Source of the DNA: a virus
Lineage: Duplodnaviria; Caudoviricetes
Reading direction: 5' to 3' (one strand)
DNA: 64,000 nucleotides
Virus record (IMG/VR): IMGVR_UViG_3300030744_000156
Coordinates: 20,442-84,441 of that record
A program made the translations under genes and the position numbers. The notes beneath the pieces are model-generated. The model saw only the letters and a list, made by a program, of their open reading frames with translations. It had not been told where the DNA came from and ran no database searches. Of the stretch, positions 9,281 through 18,296 are shown one piece after another. Each line of letters begins with the position of its first letter. Positions within the stretch are counted from its first letter, which is position 1.

Positions 9281-10308
9281 GACTGCCCCTGCTTCCACGC
9301 CGCTTCGCGAGCGCAGTACGTGCACGACTCCTCGGGGTCGGTGTGCAGCTTGTCGTGCGCCTCACCTGCGGTGTCGCCCTGGCAGGTCTCGCACTCCGAC
9401 GACCAGGCCTGGCCGAGGCCGTGCCCATTGGCGTGCGTCGCCTCGACGACCTCGCCGTCCACGGTGGAATCGGGGTCGGGTCGTTCGCCGTGCAGCATGG
9501 CGTCCGGGTTCGGCGTGAGATCCACGCGCACGGTGCCGTCCGCAGCGATCGCAGCCGCGAGCTCGGTGGACTTCGGCATCCACTTTGCGAGCTTCAGAAA
9601 CGCGGTCTTCATGGCCATGGCGTCGAAGTCGTCGCGCCACGGTCCGGTGAAGTAGGTCTCGCCGCTCTGCTTGTCGGTGCCCTTGGCCATCGCGAACTTG
9701 TCGCGGTGCTCGATCGCTTCGGTCTTCGACAGGTGCACGAAGCTGTAGCCGCCGTTGGTGTACTTGACTACCGCGTAGTAGTGGGCAGGCTCGCCGCGGG
9801 GGCCGTCGAGGAACGGCTTGTGGATGAGGGTGTCCTCGATGCCGTAGCGGACGTCGTACTCGTCGTTCTCGTGAACTACACGGGCGATGACGCTCGCAAC
9901 CTGTGGCGCACGCTGGGCAAGTTCCCGGTAGCCCTGGTAGCCGAGGACGAGTTGCGCGCGGAAGCCGCCCTTCGGCCGGCCTTCACCGTTGTCGCGGTTC
10001 TTGTCCCAGAACGGCAGTAGCCACGCGTGCCCCAGCACGCCGACTCGCAGGCTGAGCTGGGCGCAGGTCATCAACCCGCCCAGCACTGAGAGCCGGTCGC
10101 AGCGCTCCAGCTTCGGCGTGGTCCGCAACGCGGTGAGTGCGTCGCGCACGAGCTGCGCAGCCTCTGCCCCCTTCGGCATGGCGGCCGAGAACTGCTCTTC
10201 CATCGCCTTGATGTACTGGCCCAGCGTCAGGTCCTCGTCGCGCGTGGCGACCTCGGTGCCGACGTTGTTCGCGCGCCCGTTGACGCGTTCCTTCAGGTTG
10301 CTGCCCAT
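9277..10308 (-). CDS. recT: RecT family single-strand annealing protein
   Basis: LMTCAQLSL, HAWLLPF, AQLVLGYQGYRELAQR, DFDAMAMKT; adjacent to YqaJ exonuclease. Confidence 0.93.
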   Translation of the reverse strand: MGSNLKERVNGRANNVGTEVATRDEDLTLGQYIKAMEEQFSAAMPKGAEAAQLVRDALTALRTTPKLERCDRLSVLGGLMTCAQLSLRVGVLGHAWLLPFWDKNRDNGEGRPKGGFRAQLVLGYQGYRELAQRAPQVASVIARVVHENDEYDVRYGIEDTLIHKPFLDGPRGEPAHYYAVVKYTNGGYSFVHLSKTEAIEHRDKFAMAKGTDKQSGETYFTGPWRDDFDAMAMKTAFLKLAKWMPKSTELAAAIAADGTVRVDLTPNPDAMLHGERPDPDSTVDGEVVEATHANGHGLGQAWSSECETCQGDTAGEAHDKLHTDPEESCTYCAREAAWKQGQS

Positions 10309-10321
10309 CGTGTCCTCCCCC

Positions 10322-11365
10322 TCAACTGGTGAAGCGCAGTTCGCGCGTGCAGAACTGGCGGTAGATGTCGGGTTCGTTCTCGGCGAGCGCGTCGAGGTCG
10401 AGCACGGTGGCCGCCTTCTGGTACTTCGCCCACATCTCCGGGCATGCCTTGCGGAACGCGGCGTGCTTGAACCGGTCGGTGTGCAGCCACGTCCAGACGG
10501 TGGTGTCGTCACACATCAGGCGCTCCGACGGGCCGAGAAGCATCCGGACTCGGTTCTTCACCGCCTCGTGCTCCTTTTCGGCCTTCTTCTCAGCTGCAGT
10601 CGCCTTCTCCCGCGCGGCAACGAGTTCGTCTCGTACGACCGCTGGAATTTCGACGGCGTCAGCGCCGGGATCGGACAGGCCGTACCGCTCCGTCAGCAGC
10701 GACGTGCACGCCTTGCCGCCGTCTACAGGGGGCTGGACGTCGGCGAGGACGTGGTTGTGCCAGAAGTCCTGTGAGATCAGCACGAGGTCGCCGATCAGGT
10801 CGTTGTCGCGCTGCACGAATCGCACGACGTTGCGCTGTCCGCCGATCAGGCACGCCACCCACCAGCCGGCCAGTCCGGTGACGGCCATGCACCACTGGGC
10901 TTGCAGCTCGGCGTGGTCGGGGATCAGGGGTTCCTGTTCGGTTCCCCACTCGTGGGCCTTCCACAGGCTGCACGTCTTGCCCTCGTAGCCGTTGCCGTCG
11001 GAGCAGATGCCGTCGGGGTTGGCGAGCATCCACGGGAAGCGGGTGGAGCGCAGCATCCCAGTCGGCCAGACGGTCACCTCGTGGACGCGAGCAAACCGAT
11101 CGCGAACCACCGGCTCCAGTAGCGTGCCCATCTCCGCAGCCTCGGACTGCTCGTCGACGAGCGGCAGCTTCCCAGTCTTGTCCTCCCACAACTCGTACGC
11201 GGACACGTAGTTGCTCATCCCGACGAGCGCGGAGATGTCCGAGCCGCCGAGCCCGGATCGGCGAGCCGCGAGCCACTCGTAGCGATTCGCGTCAGGACCG
11301 AGGATCTGGATCGCGTCAGCCGGGTCGATACCGCCGGTGGCGCGTCCTTCTGCAACTGCGGTCAT
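10322..11365 (-). CDS. YqaJ-like viral recombinase (lambda-exonuclease family)
   Basis: WLAARRSGLGGSD, ANPDG, YEGKT, QAQWCMAVTG. Confidence 0.93.
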   Translation of the reverse strand: MTAVAEGRATGGIDPADAIQILGPDANRYEWLAARRSGLGGSDISALVGMSNYVSAYELWEDKTGKLPLVDEQSEAAEMGTLLEPVVRDRFARVHEVTVWPTGMLRSTRFPWMLANPDGICSDGNGYEGKTCSLWKAHEWGTEQEPLIPDHAELQAQWCMAVTGLAGWWVACLIGGQRNVVRFVQRDNDLIGDLVLISQDFWHNHVLADVQPPVDGGKACTSLLTERYGLSDPGADAVEIPAVVRDELVAAREKATAAEKKAEKEHEAVKNRVRMLLGPSERLMCDDTTVWTWLHTDRFKHAAFRKACPEMWAKYQKAATVLDLDALAENEPDIYRQFCTRELRFTS

Positions 11366-12123
11366 GCCTCAGCTCCCACCCGCTCGAAGGGAACGATCGG
11401 CCAGAACCGAGGGATCGACACGTCCTCGCCCTGCCCGCGTTTGAACGCCTCGAAGTTGGCCGCCCAGCGGGAGTGCGCTTCCCGCTGCCAGACCTGCAAC
11501 TGATCGATGTCCATCCGCCCAGCGGGAGTGCGCTTCCCGAGACACCAGGCGACTCGCGCGGCGGCCATGCAGTCGCCAGCGGAGGTGTGCGCCTCGTCTT
11601 CGGTGAGCGTGACCCGGTGATGGCGCGCGACGTCGACGAGTTTCCGTGAGCCCTTGCGGCGGGAGGTGGCGCGGTCGATCACCAGCGGGTCAATCACCCG
11701 CAGCGGAACACGCGCGGCGCCGAGCGGTTCGATGCCGTGGCGGCGGCACTCACGGTCCAACAGGGTGAGGTCGTACGGGGCATTGAAAATCACCAGCGGG
11801 CGGCCCTCGTACATCGACTCCACCAGCGCGTCCCGGATCTCCACGATCGCCTTCGCGGCCGGAGTGCCGTGTGCACGGGCGTGCTCAGTGGTGATGCTGT
11901 GCACTGCGGTCGCTTCGGCGGGGATCTCCTCGCCGTCCACATCGGTCAGCCACGACCGGACGCGTGGCGTCGAGCCGACGATCGTCACGACCGAGGCGGT
12001 GACGATGCGCGCGGACTCGGTGTCCACGCCGGTGGATTCGATGTCGAACGCAGTCATGGGCTCGTCGGCCCACGTGCGCGCAGGTGGATCGGATGCAGCG
12101 GGTATGCCATCCTGGGCGTGCAT
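11362..12123 (-). CDS. DEDDh 3'-5' exonuclease (DnaQ/epsilon-like)
   Basis: AFDIESTG, IHSIT-like HSITTE, FNAPYDL, AHTSAGD. Confidence 0.92.
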   Translation of the reverse strand: MHAQDGIPAASDPPARTWADEPMTAFDIESTGVDTESARIVTASVVTIVGSTPRVRSWLTDVDGEEIPAEATAVHSITTEHARAHGTPAAKAIVEIRDALVESMYEGRPLVIFNAPYDLTLLDRECRRHGIEPLGAARVPLRVIDPLVIDRATSRRKGSRKLVDVARHHRVTLTEDEAHTSAGDCMAAARVAWCLGKRTPAGRMDIDQLQVWQREAHSRWAANFEAFKRGQGEDVSIPRFWPIVPFERVGAEA

Positions 12124-12137
12124 AGGGTGTTGTCTCC

Positions 12138-12230
12138 CTAAGTTCTGTGGCGATTGGTTGGCCGTCTGCGATGCCGGGTGCGAGCCGGCGTGGTGGACGG
12201 CCTTCGTCGTGTTGGTGAAGCAGCGGTCAT
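12138..12230 (-). CDS. Possible 30-aa Arg/Thr-rich peptide
   Basis: ATGA-coupled to xis stop; ends just before the exonuclease RBS. Confidence 0.3.
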   Translation of the reverse strand: MTAASPTRRRPSTTPARTRHRRRPTNRHRT

Positions 12231-12529
12231 CCAGCCTTGGGGGGACGACGCGGCTGCCGCGCTCGAAGCGGGACGACCTGCTCGGTGGGCGCGGGGCGCG
12301 CCTGGGTACGACGGCGCGGTGCGACAGTCGCGGCCCCCGGCACCGCTTCGGGTCGCTGTTCGAAGATCTCCAGGATCTCCGCCAGGTGTTCGTCCTTGAA
12401 CCGGTAGGCGCCGCCGACACGAACGAACGGGATCTCACGGCGACGTGCGCGTTCCTTCACCCACCACTCGGAGCACCCGAGCGAGCCAGCGATTTCCTTG
12501 GGTGTGCGCAGGCGGGGCAGCTCGGTCAT
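12227..12529 (-). CDS. Excisionase-like HTH protein (recombination directionality factor candidate)
   Basis: LRTPKEIAGSLGCSEWWV...IPFVRVGGAYRF. Confidence 0.8.
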   Translation of the reverse strand: MTELPRLRTPKEIAGSLGCSEWWVKERARRREIPFVRVGGAYRFKDEHLAEILEIFEQRPEAVPGAATVAPRRRTQARPAPTEQVVPLRARQPRRPPKAG

Positions 12530-12564
12530 CAGCGACCACTCCACTCGCCAGAAGGCGCGTTCGC

Positions 12565-12594
12565 CGTCCGGTTTGACAAAATCAAAACCGGACG
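12565..12594. promoter_or_regulatory. Palindromic operator CGTCCGGT-N14-ACCGGACG containing TTGACA
   Basis: 10-bp perfect arms; member of the five-site motif family. Confidence 0.6.
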
Positions 12595-12659
12595 ATCCGC
12601 GTACGCCTGATCACCGTTTGTCGCGCAGATAGCCTCCGGGGTGTACAGCGCGTCGCTGG

Positions 12660-12926
12660 TCATGCCGCGAGGTCTTCCATCTGAAGCGAGGTGCGAGGCT
12701 CGATGAATAGGAAGCTGGTCTCTACCTTGAGCAGCTCGGCGAACTTCTCGGCGGTGTTGACCGCGACGTCGACCATCTTGCCGCTGGTGAAGCGGTGTGC
12801 GGTGTCAGCTGTTACCCGAGACTTCCGCGCCAGGTCATTGACGCCGTTGATGCCGCGCAGCGTCATGAGTGCCTGGATCACCGCCGGCTGGGCGTAGAGA
12901 CGGAGGTACGGTCCCTTCGGTCTCAT
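12660..12926 (-). CDS. Cro-like XRE HTH protein
   Basis: Small HTH protein divergent from the repressor. Confidence 0.7.
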   Translation of the reverse strand: MRPKGPYLRLYAQPAVIQALMTLRGINGVNDLARKSRVTADTAHRFTSGKMVDVAVNTAEKFAELLKVETSFLFIEPRTSLQMEDLAA

Positions 12927-12959
12927 GTGGACCCTCTCGTTCACTTTTGACGGGCCCTG

Positions 12960-13026
12960 ACCGTATGTCCGACCGTCCGATCTAGCAACCCGCAGAATCG
13001 GACGGTTATCGGATGGTTATCGGATG
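12960..13026. promoter_or_regulatory. Lysis-lysogeny switch: palindrome CGTCCGAT-N15-ATCGGACG, leftward -10 TACGGT, tandem 11-bp ATCGGAYGGTT repeats
   Basis: Arms at 12974-12981 and 12997-13004; repeats at 12997, 13008, 13019. Confidence 0.7.
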
Positions 13027-13174
13027 CCCGGCCGACCGTTCGGCCCCTCCTGAACAGGTTCAGACGGCCTAGCAGCGAAAACCCCGCGTTGGCGATGCCC
13101 GCCGATCATGGGACACTCCGAAACGCATCCACCCGCGCAGGGATGCACACACCCCACACTTCGGAGGCTGCGCC

Positions 13175-13621
13175 GTGGGCAAGAACCTCAGCGACTACCT
13201 CGCCACCAACGAACGCACCCAGGACATGTCGACCGCCGAGTTCGGCAGACTTGTCGGCATCTCCAAGAGCCAAGCCGCTGAGATCCTCGCCGGCCGATCC
13301 ACCCCTGGGCCGCAGACGCTGCGGAAGATCGCCGCCGCGTTCCCTGACGTACCGCTCGCGACCCTGGAAGAGAGGGTGCTGCTCGACACCCCGTTCGAGT
13401 TGCAGGAGGGTGCGCAGCTGCTGAACTTGAAGCAGCGGGCGTTCATCCGGGGCGCGGTCGACCTGCTGCTGGAGTCATCCGGGAAGACTGAGCGAGTCCA
13501 GCATCTGAAGCCAGAAGAGCTGGAAGAGCTCCGGCGTCTCGCATCCGGGAATGTCGTGAGCCTGCATCCGCAGACGGAGCGAGTGAGCAAGGCCGCCTAC
13601 GACCCACCCGACGACGAGTAG
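13175..13621 (+). CDS. XRE-family immunity repressor
   Basis: STAEFGRLVGISKSQAAEILAGRSTPGPQTLRKIA HTH; upstream of ImmA and integrase. Confidence 0.88.
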   Translation: MGKNLSDYLATNERTQDMSTAEFGRLVGISKSQAAEILAGRSTPGPQTLRKIAAAFPDVPLATLEERVLLDTPFELQEGAQLLNLKQRAFIRGAVDLLLESSGKTERVQHLKPEELEELRRLASGNVVSLHPQTERVSKAAYDPPDDE

Positions 13622-13738
13622 CTACGCGTCGTTACTTGTATGCGGCAACCCTCACCCGGAAGCACCAACGCGGGGGTTACGTCGAACGCCTAATTCGACG
13701 CCAGGTTACTCCGCAACGGTGAACCACCCCCAGAATGT

Positions 13739-14191
13739 TTGCCGGAGCACGTAACAGGCATCACCCGGCCGGTCGATGAGCGGCGCGTGCACCACATTCC
13801 GCCGCTCCTCCACTTGCTCGACACACTGCTCGGTCACGCGCAGGACGTCACCATCCGCCGTGGCTTCCCCGACGTTGGGCTCGCCGAAGTCGACTTCGCC
13901 GCCCGACTCATCACCCTCGGACACGGCCTGACTCTCGGCCAGACGCACGTAGCGCTCGCGCACGAACTGTTCCACCTTCTCCGCGGCCCCGCCCTGATAG
14001 GCCGAGAGCAAGAGGAAGAGGTGGCGGTGCACACAGAAGTCGCGCGGCTGCTTGTCCCCAGGCATGAGCTGCCTGCCATCCTGCATGGTGCCAACCCCAC
14101 CGAGATTGCCGAACGCCTCGTAATCGATCGGCACACCGCGCGCCTCGCTCTCGATCTCGCGCGCGCGGAGGATGCGACAGGAGCCGCCTGA
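13739..14191 (+). CDS. ImmA/IrrE-family metallopeptidase (antirepressor); start uncertain
   Basis: ALAHELFH (HExxH) plus downstream EE; between repressor and integrase. Confidence 0.85.
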   Translation: MPEHVTGITRPVDERRVHHIPPLLHLLDTLLGHAQDVTIRRGFPDVGLAEVDFAARLITLGHGLTLGQTHVALAHELFHLLRGPALIGREQEEEVAVHTEVARLLVPRHELPAILHGANPTEIAERLVIDRHTARLALDLARAEDATGAA

Positions 14192-15774
14192 TGGGCTACG
14201 CGGAGAAACGCACCGGCAAAGACGGCCCGTACTACCGAGCCCGATACAAGATCGCCCCTGGCAGATACGGCACCGTCACCGATCCCGCAGGCGCAACGAT
14301 CAGGTACCGCACGAAACGCGACGCCGAAAAAGCAGCGAACGACGAAGAAGCCAAGGTCCGCGCCGGCACCTGGCGCGACGTCGCCACCAGCAAGACGCCG
14401 TTCATCAACTACGCGTCACGTTGGTACTCGGCACAAGACCTGGCCCTGTCGACGATGGAGAGCTACAAGTCCAGCCTCGAGGTGCACCTGCTGCCGTTCT
14501 TCGGAGAGATGGAGCTCGGCGCGATCACCGCGCTCGACATCGCCGAGTGGGAGAAGGCGGAGCGGGCGGCCGGCTACAAGCCGGGCAGCATCGGGGGCTG
14601 GCGACGCACCCTTCACCTGGTCCTCGCGGACGCCGTCGACGACGAGCTGATCCCCTCGAACCCGGCGACGAAACGCCGGGGCCGCGGCAAGCGGGCGGGC
14701 CGCACGCCCGACCGCGGTCCGGAGAAGACCATCACCGACCCGCTCGGCGCGCTGCTGCTCGCGGAGCGGACCGCACTGCTGGCCGGCCGCGACGACGAGT
14801 TCGTTGCGACGGTCCTGCTCTTCTACACCGGAATGCGGTGGGGCGAGCTCGTCGGTCTCGAGACGGAGTTCGCGCGGCTGCGGAGCCTCCGGATCGAGTG
14901 GCAGCTGTATCAGCTCAGCTCAAGCGAGTTGCACCGCTGCCCGCCCAAGGACGACTCGTACCGCACGGTCGATACTCCGGCGTGGTTGTCCAGGCTGGTG
15001 TCCGACCACATCTCCCGCACCGCGCCGAGCCCATGCCCCTGTCACGGCCGGACATACGTGTTCCAGGGCTTGGGTGCGGCGAACGGCGCGGCACATCGTC
15101 CTGGCGCGAAACTCGTCGACGTCGCGCGCCGTGCGGGAGTGTCGACCGGCACCGTGTCGAACGTGCTCAACCACCCGGAGCGGGTCGCCGACGACACACT
15201 GCAGCGCGTGCAGGACGCGATCGCCGAGCTCGGCTTCATCCGCGGCACGAGCGGCGGGGAGACGGCCGCGCACTGGCGGCGCAACGGGTTCGCCACGTGG
15301 CTGTTCCAGCCCGCGGCCACCGGCTGGTACCCGAAGAAGTCTCCGCACGACGCCCACCCCGTGCCGGTGATCGGCGAGCCGTGGCCCGGGGTGCCGGCCC
15401 GCGGACGCAACGCCGCTGGACGCGCCACCGCATCCTGGCTTCCCATCGCCAGCGGCCTCACCCCGCACGGGATGCGGCACAGCCACAAGACCCGGATGCT
15501 CGGGCTCGGCACGCCGACGAAGCTGATGGACGATCGTCTCGGGCACCTCGATGGCTCGATCCAGGGCCGCTACTCCCACGTGACCCAGGAGATGCGCGAC
15601 CGACTGCTTGAGGGGCTGACCGCGGAGTGGGAGGCGTCGCTGGACGCACGGCTCGCGATGAGCCCGCGGTCGCCGGTCGGTGTGCTTGACGAGTTGCTGC
15701 GTGCACGTGCCCGCAAGGTCAGCGAGAGCGTCCGGGACGAGGTGCAGTGGGGGATTCGCGGGGTGGCCCGATAG
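14191..15774 (+). CDS. int: Tyrosine integrase with inserted LacI-type HTH
   Basis: YTGMRWGE, HGMRH, RLGH, GRYSH catalytic motifs; KLVDVARRAGVSTGTVSNVLN at about 15109-15243. Confidence 0.95.
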   Translation: MGYAEKRTGKDGPYYRARYKIAPGRYGTVTDPAGATIRYRTKRDAEKAANDEEAKVRAGTWRDVATSKTPFINYASRWYSAQDLALSTMESYKSSLEVHLLPFFGEMELGAITALDIAEWEKAERAAGYKPGSIGGWRRTLHLVLADAVDDELIPSNPATKRRGRGKRAGRTPDRGPEKTITDPLGALLLAERTALLAGRDDEFVATVLLFYTGMRWGELVGLETEFARLRSLRIEWQLYQLSSSELHRCPPKDDSYRTVDTPAWLSRLVSDHISRTAPSPCPCHGRTYVFQGLGAANGAAHRPGAKLVDVARRAGVSTGTVSNVLNHPERVADDTLQRVQDAIAELGFIRGTSGGETAAHWRRNGFATWLFQPAATGWYPKKSPHDAHPVPVIGEPWPGVPARGRNAAGRATASWLPIASGLTPHGMRHSHKTRMLGLGTPTKLMDDRLGHLDGSIQGRYSHVTQEMRDRLLEGLTAEWEASLDARLAMSPRSPVGVLDELLRARARKVSESVRDEVQWGIRGVAR

Positions 15775-15789
15775 CGGCCAAGGCCATGA

Positions 15790-16049
15790 TCGTCTCCCCA
15801 GATTCTCCCCAGAGCCCCAGTGAGACGAATCAGGGCCGGTTTCCCGTTTCCGGAAACCGGCCCTGACCTGCTGTTTCGACCGTCGGGACGACAGGATTTG
15901 AACCTGCGACCCCTTGACCCCCAGCAAGGTCCCCACACCCTCGCTGACCTGCACTTCGCGAATAAGCCCTGTTCAGGGCGTTGGTGTGCGTTGGTCTCAC
16001 GTGGATTCGCACGGTCTTCTGGAGTGTGTCGTCTCCCCAGATTCTCCCC
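15790..16049. other. attP-like site: 43-bp core (3' half of tRNA-Pro GGG, minus strand, 15882-15924) with identical 21-bp arm repeats on both sides
   Basis: Core CTGGGGGTCAAGGGGTCGCAGGTTCAAATCCTGTCGTCCCGAC; TCGTCTCCCCAGATTCTCCCC at 15790-15810 and 16029-16049. Confidence 0.85.
15830..15866 (-). terminator. 15-bp perfect hairpin downstream of the tRNA fragment
   Basis: TCAGGGCCGGTTTCC / GGAAACCGGCCCTGA, 7-nt loop. Confidence 0.75.
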
Positions 16050-16192
16050 GCACACCCCCTCAGTACCCCGCTAGTCCGTTTGGGTGCAGCACCGAACCGG
16101 TCGCACCCACTGCTCGTTGACTCGGCAAGGACCTTCGCGACGGGCGCGGATCCGCCACGTTCCGCGCGTGTCCGCGTAAGGGAAGTGAGCCC

Positions 16193-16405
16193 ATGCCGAA
16201 CCGGGAGATTCCGTTCCGCGAGATCCTCGACTGCCGCGACACGAAAGGGAACAAGATCCAGATAGCGGCGGGATCCACACGAGACGGCAGGGTCGTACTC
16301 CTCAACCCCTCCGGACACATACCCGTGCTGAACCTCCAGCAGGCCACCGAGTTCGTGGACAAGCTGCGGCATGTCATCCAAGACGCCGCCCAACGCGACG
16401 GATAG
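16193..16405 (+). CDS. Small hypothetical protein, paralog of 32362-32571
   Basis: RBS AAGGGAAG; similar to the 32.4-kb protein by eye. Confidence 0.65.
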   Translation: MPNREIPFREILDCRDTKGNKIQIAAGSTRDGRVVLLNPSGHIPVLNLQQATEFVDKLRHVIQDAAQRDG

Positions 16406-16459
16406 CCGGCGGCCCCAGCGCCACGAGAGAGCACCGGGGCCGCTGCTGTGCGCCGCGAA

Positions 16460-16966
16460 CTATGCGTCCCCGTTGGTCGACACGGCGTTGTTCTGAACGA
16501 CGAGATCCCAGCGGTCGTCGTCGTCCTCGCCCTGCGCCTCGATCACCCCGTTCACCTGGTGGTCGAACGTGAAGTGCTGGAGTTCGTCGGCGTAGACCCG
16601 GCCAGGCACCGGAGCCGCGAGTTCCCGCTGGACCGTCGCGCCAGGCTTGAGGAACGTGTCGATCAGGTAGGTCATCCACTCGGCGGAGCGGTAGAACTTC
16701 TCGACGCCGTTCCACTCGATGCCGTCGCCGTGCTCGGTGGGCACCCATCCGCACCACAGTCCGGGCTGGTCTGCGGGCTGCTGGTTGTAGTCCTTGATGT
16801 CCGCGTCGCGCCCCTGGCCTGCGTAGCCGGTGCCATCAACGAAGTACGGGCCGTTGGCGCGGTGCATGCGGCGGGTGGTGCCGAACTTCGTCAGGTACGC
16901 GATCTCGTGCGGGTTCAGCGGCGGGACGACGGTGACGTGGCCGGTGAAGTCGGTGGTGTAGCCCAT
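16460..16966 (-). CDS. Conserved phage hypothetical protein (MGYTTDF...GLWC.W...IEW.G.EKFY type)
   Basis: RBS GAGGAG; recognisable motif set. Confidence 0.75.
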   Translation of the reverse strand: MGYTTDFTGHVTVVPPLNPHEIAYLTKFGTTRRMHRANGPYFVDGTGYAGQGRDADIKDYNQQPADQPGLWCGWVPTEHGDGIEWNGVEKFYRSAEWMTYLIDTFLKPGATVQRELAAPVPGRVYADELQHFTFDHQVNGVIEAQGEDDDDRWDLVVQNNAVSTNGDA

Positions 16967-16977
16967 CGAGGTTCTCC

Positions 16978-17355
16978 TCAGGTGTTGTTGGCGGTCTGTG
17001 AGCGGACGACGCCCGCCCACGTTTGGTGCAGCGTCGGCCAGTTCTCGCCGGGTTCGAGCGCTTGGGCGGGCAGTCTGCCCTGCGCCACGGCGAGCCGGAC
17101 GCCGACGTGCTCGTGCCCGAACTGGGCGAGCCATCCAGCGCAGGCGAGGTCGTCGTTTGTGCCGGGCTCGCCCTTGTGGCAGCCGAACAGCGGGTCACCG
17201 GGCATCGGCTGACGGCCGGTCTCCGGATCGCGCACGCTCGCGGTGAGGGCGTCCCAGCGTTCGGCGGAGAACTTCGCGTCCGGGTTGTCCGCGTTGTCCG
17301 CGCGGATCGGACAGGGCGCACACGGGAAGCGGCGGCGCGGCAGCTCGTCGGGCAT
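16978..17355 (-). CDS. DUF6283-like Cys-rich protein
   Basis: PCAPCP...FGCHK...ACAGWL...H.GVRLA. Confidence 0.7.
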   Translation of the reverse strand: MPDELPRRRFPCAPCPIRADNADNPDAKFSAERWDALTASVRDPETGRQPMPGDPLFGCHKGEPGTNDDLACAGWLAQFGHEHVGVRLAVAQGRLPAQALEPGENWPTLHQTWAGVVRSQTANNT

Positions 17356-17368
17356 TACTCAACTCCAG

Positions 17369-18139
17369 TCAGGCCGAGGCAAGGTCGACGATCTGCTTCA
17401 TGGACAGGTCGTTGCGGAACCGGTGCCCGATCCTCGCCTCGACCGCCACGTATTCGATGGCGAGCTCGGGATTCAAGCGAGCGGCGAGCACGAGCTCCTT
17501 CTGCCCGGCCAGGACGCAGAACACACACGAGAGGCGCGGCATCCCGGCGTCGTACGCCGGGTGGTGCGGCAGACCGGAGCGGCGGATCGTGGCCCACACC
17601 TGCTCCGTGGTCCAGTCGAAGATCGGCAGCCAGCGGTCCACGGTCCGCCGGCCGTTGGTAGCTGCGACGTCTGGGCCGAACGCGGTCTTCTTTGCTCGCG
17701 CCGGGGACTCGTCGGCGCGGATACCAAGGCAGTTCAGGATGCGGATCGGCCCCACGTGGCCAGCAGTACGGTGCTCGGCGGCGAGCCGGGTCATCAGCTT
17801 GGCCACCTGACTGGTCTTCTGGTCGCTGGTGCAGTAGCGCGCCGTGCTGGACGGGAACATGCCGCGCGCCTCGATCTGGTTCAGCAGATCACCACGCTCG
17901 CGGCGTACGACCTCGAAGCGCAGTCCGTATGCGGCGGCCTGCCGCTCGGCCAGTTCGCGGGTGCCCTGCCATTCGACCCGTCCGAGGTCAGCGTGCACCG
18001 CCACGATCCGGGCCCGCTCGACGCTGGCGGCATCGGCCAGCTCGACGACGTGCGTGAGCATCGCCTGTGAGTCCTTGCCTGCGCTGGAGTTCACGAGGAT
18101 CACGTCATAAGACGCGAGATCCGGCAGGGGCTTGCTCAC
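17369..18139 (-). CDS. PAPS reductase family (PP-loop) protein
   Basis: SSAGKDS, RYCTSDQK, GIRADESPAR, WLPIFDWT, RLSCVFC. Confidence 0.9.
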   Translation of the reverse strand: MSKPLPDLASYDVILVNSSAGKDSQAMLTHVVELADAASVERARIVAVHADLGRVEWQGTRELAERQAAAYGLRFEVVRRERGDLLNQIEARGMFPSSTARYCTSDQKTSQVAKLMTRLAAEHRTAGHVGPIRILNCLGIRADESPARAKKTAFGPDVAATNGRRTVDRWLPIFDWTTEQVWATIRRSGLPHHPAYDAGMPRLSCVFCVLAGQKELVLAARLNPELAIEYVAVEARIGHRFRNDLSMKQIVDLASA

Positions 18140-18142
18140 GGG

Positions 18143-18292
18143 TCAGTCCTCTCGGGCGGCGTTGCGGGTGATGGCTGCGATGAACGCGGGCAGCTCCGGC
18201 AGGATGTGCGTCTCGTTGACGTCGATCGGGTACTCGTTGCGGGAGAGCGTGTCGGCGATGTCGTAGGCCAACATCTCCAGGTCGATGTCCAC
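18143..18292 (-). CDS. Small hypothetical protein (49 aa), absent from the ORF track
   Basis: VDIDLEMLAYDIADTLSRNEYPID...; fills the gap in the operon. Confidence 0.55.
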   Translation of the reverse strand: MDIDLEMLAYDIADTLSRNEYPIDVNETHILPELPAFIAAITRNAARED

Positions 18293-18296
18293 GGCG

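Noticed and set aside
13681-13699. LexA/SOS box upstream of immA (GTCGAA-N7-TTCGAC)
   Set aside because: Spacing is one base longer than TCGAAC-N4-GTTCGA and the inner G is missing.
15882-15924. Functional tRNA-Pro gene
   Set aside because: Only anticodon-to-3' half is present; upstream sequence cannot form the D arm or 5' acceptor strand. Treated as att core.
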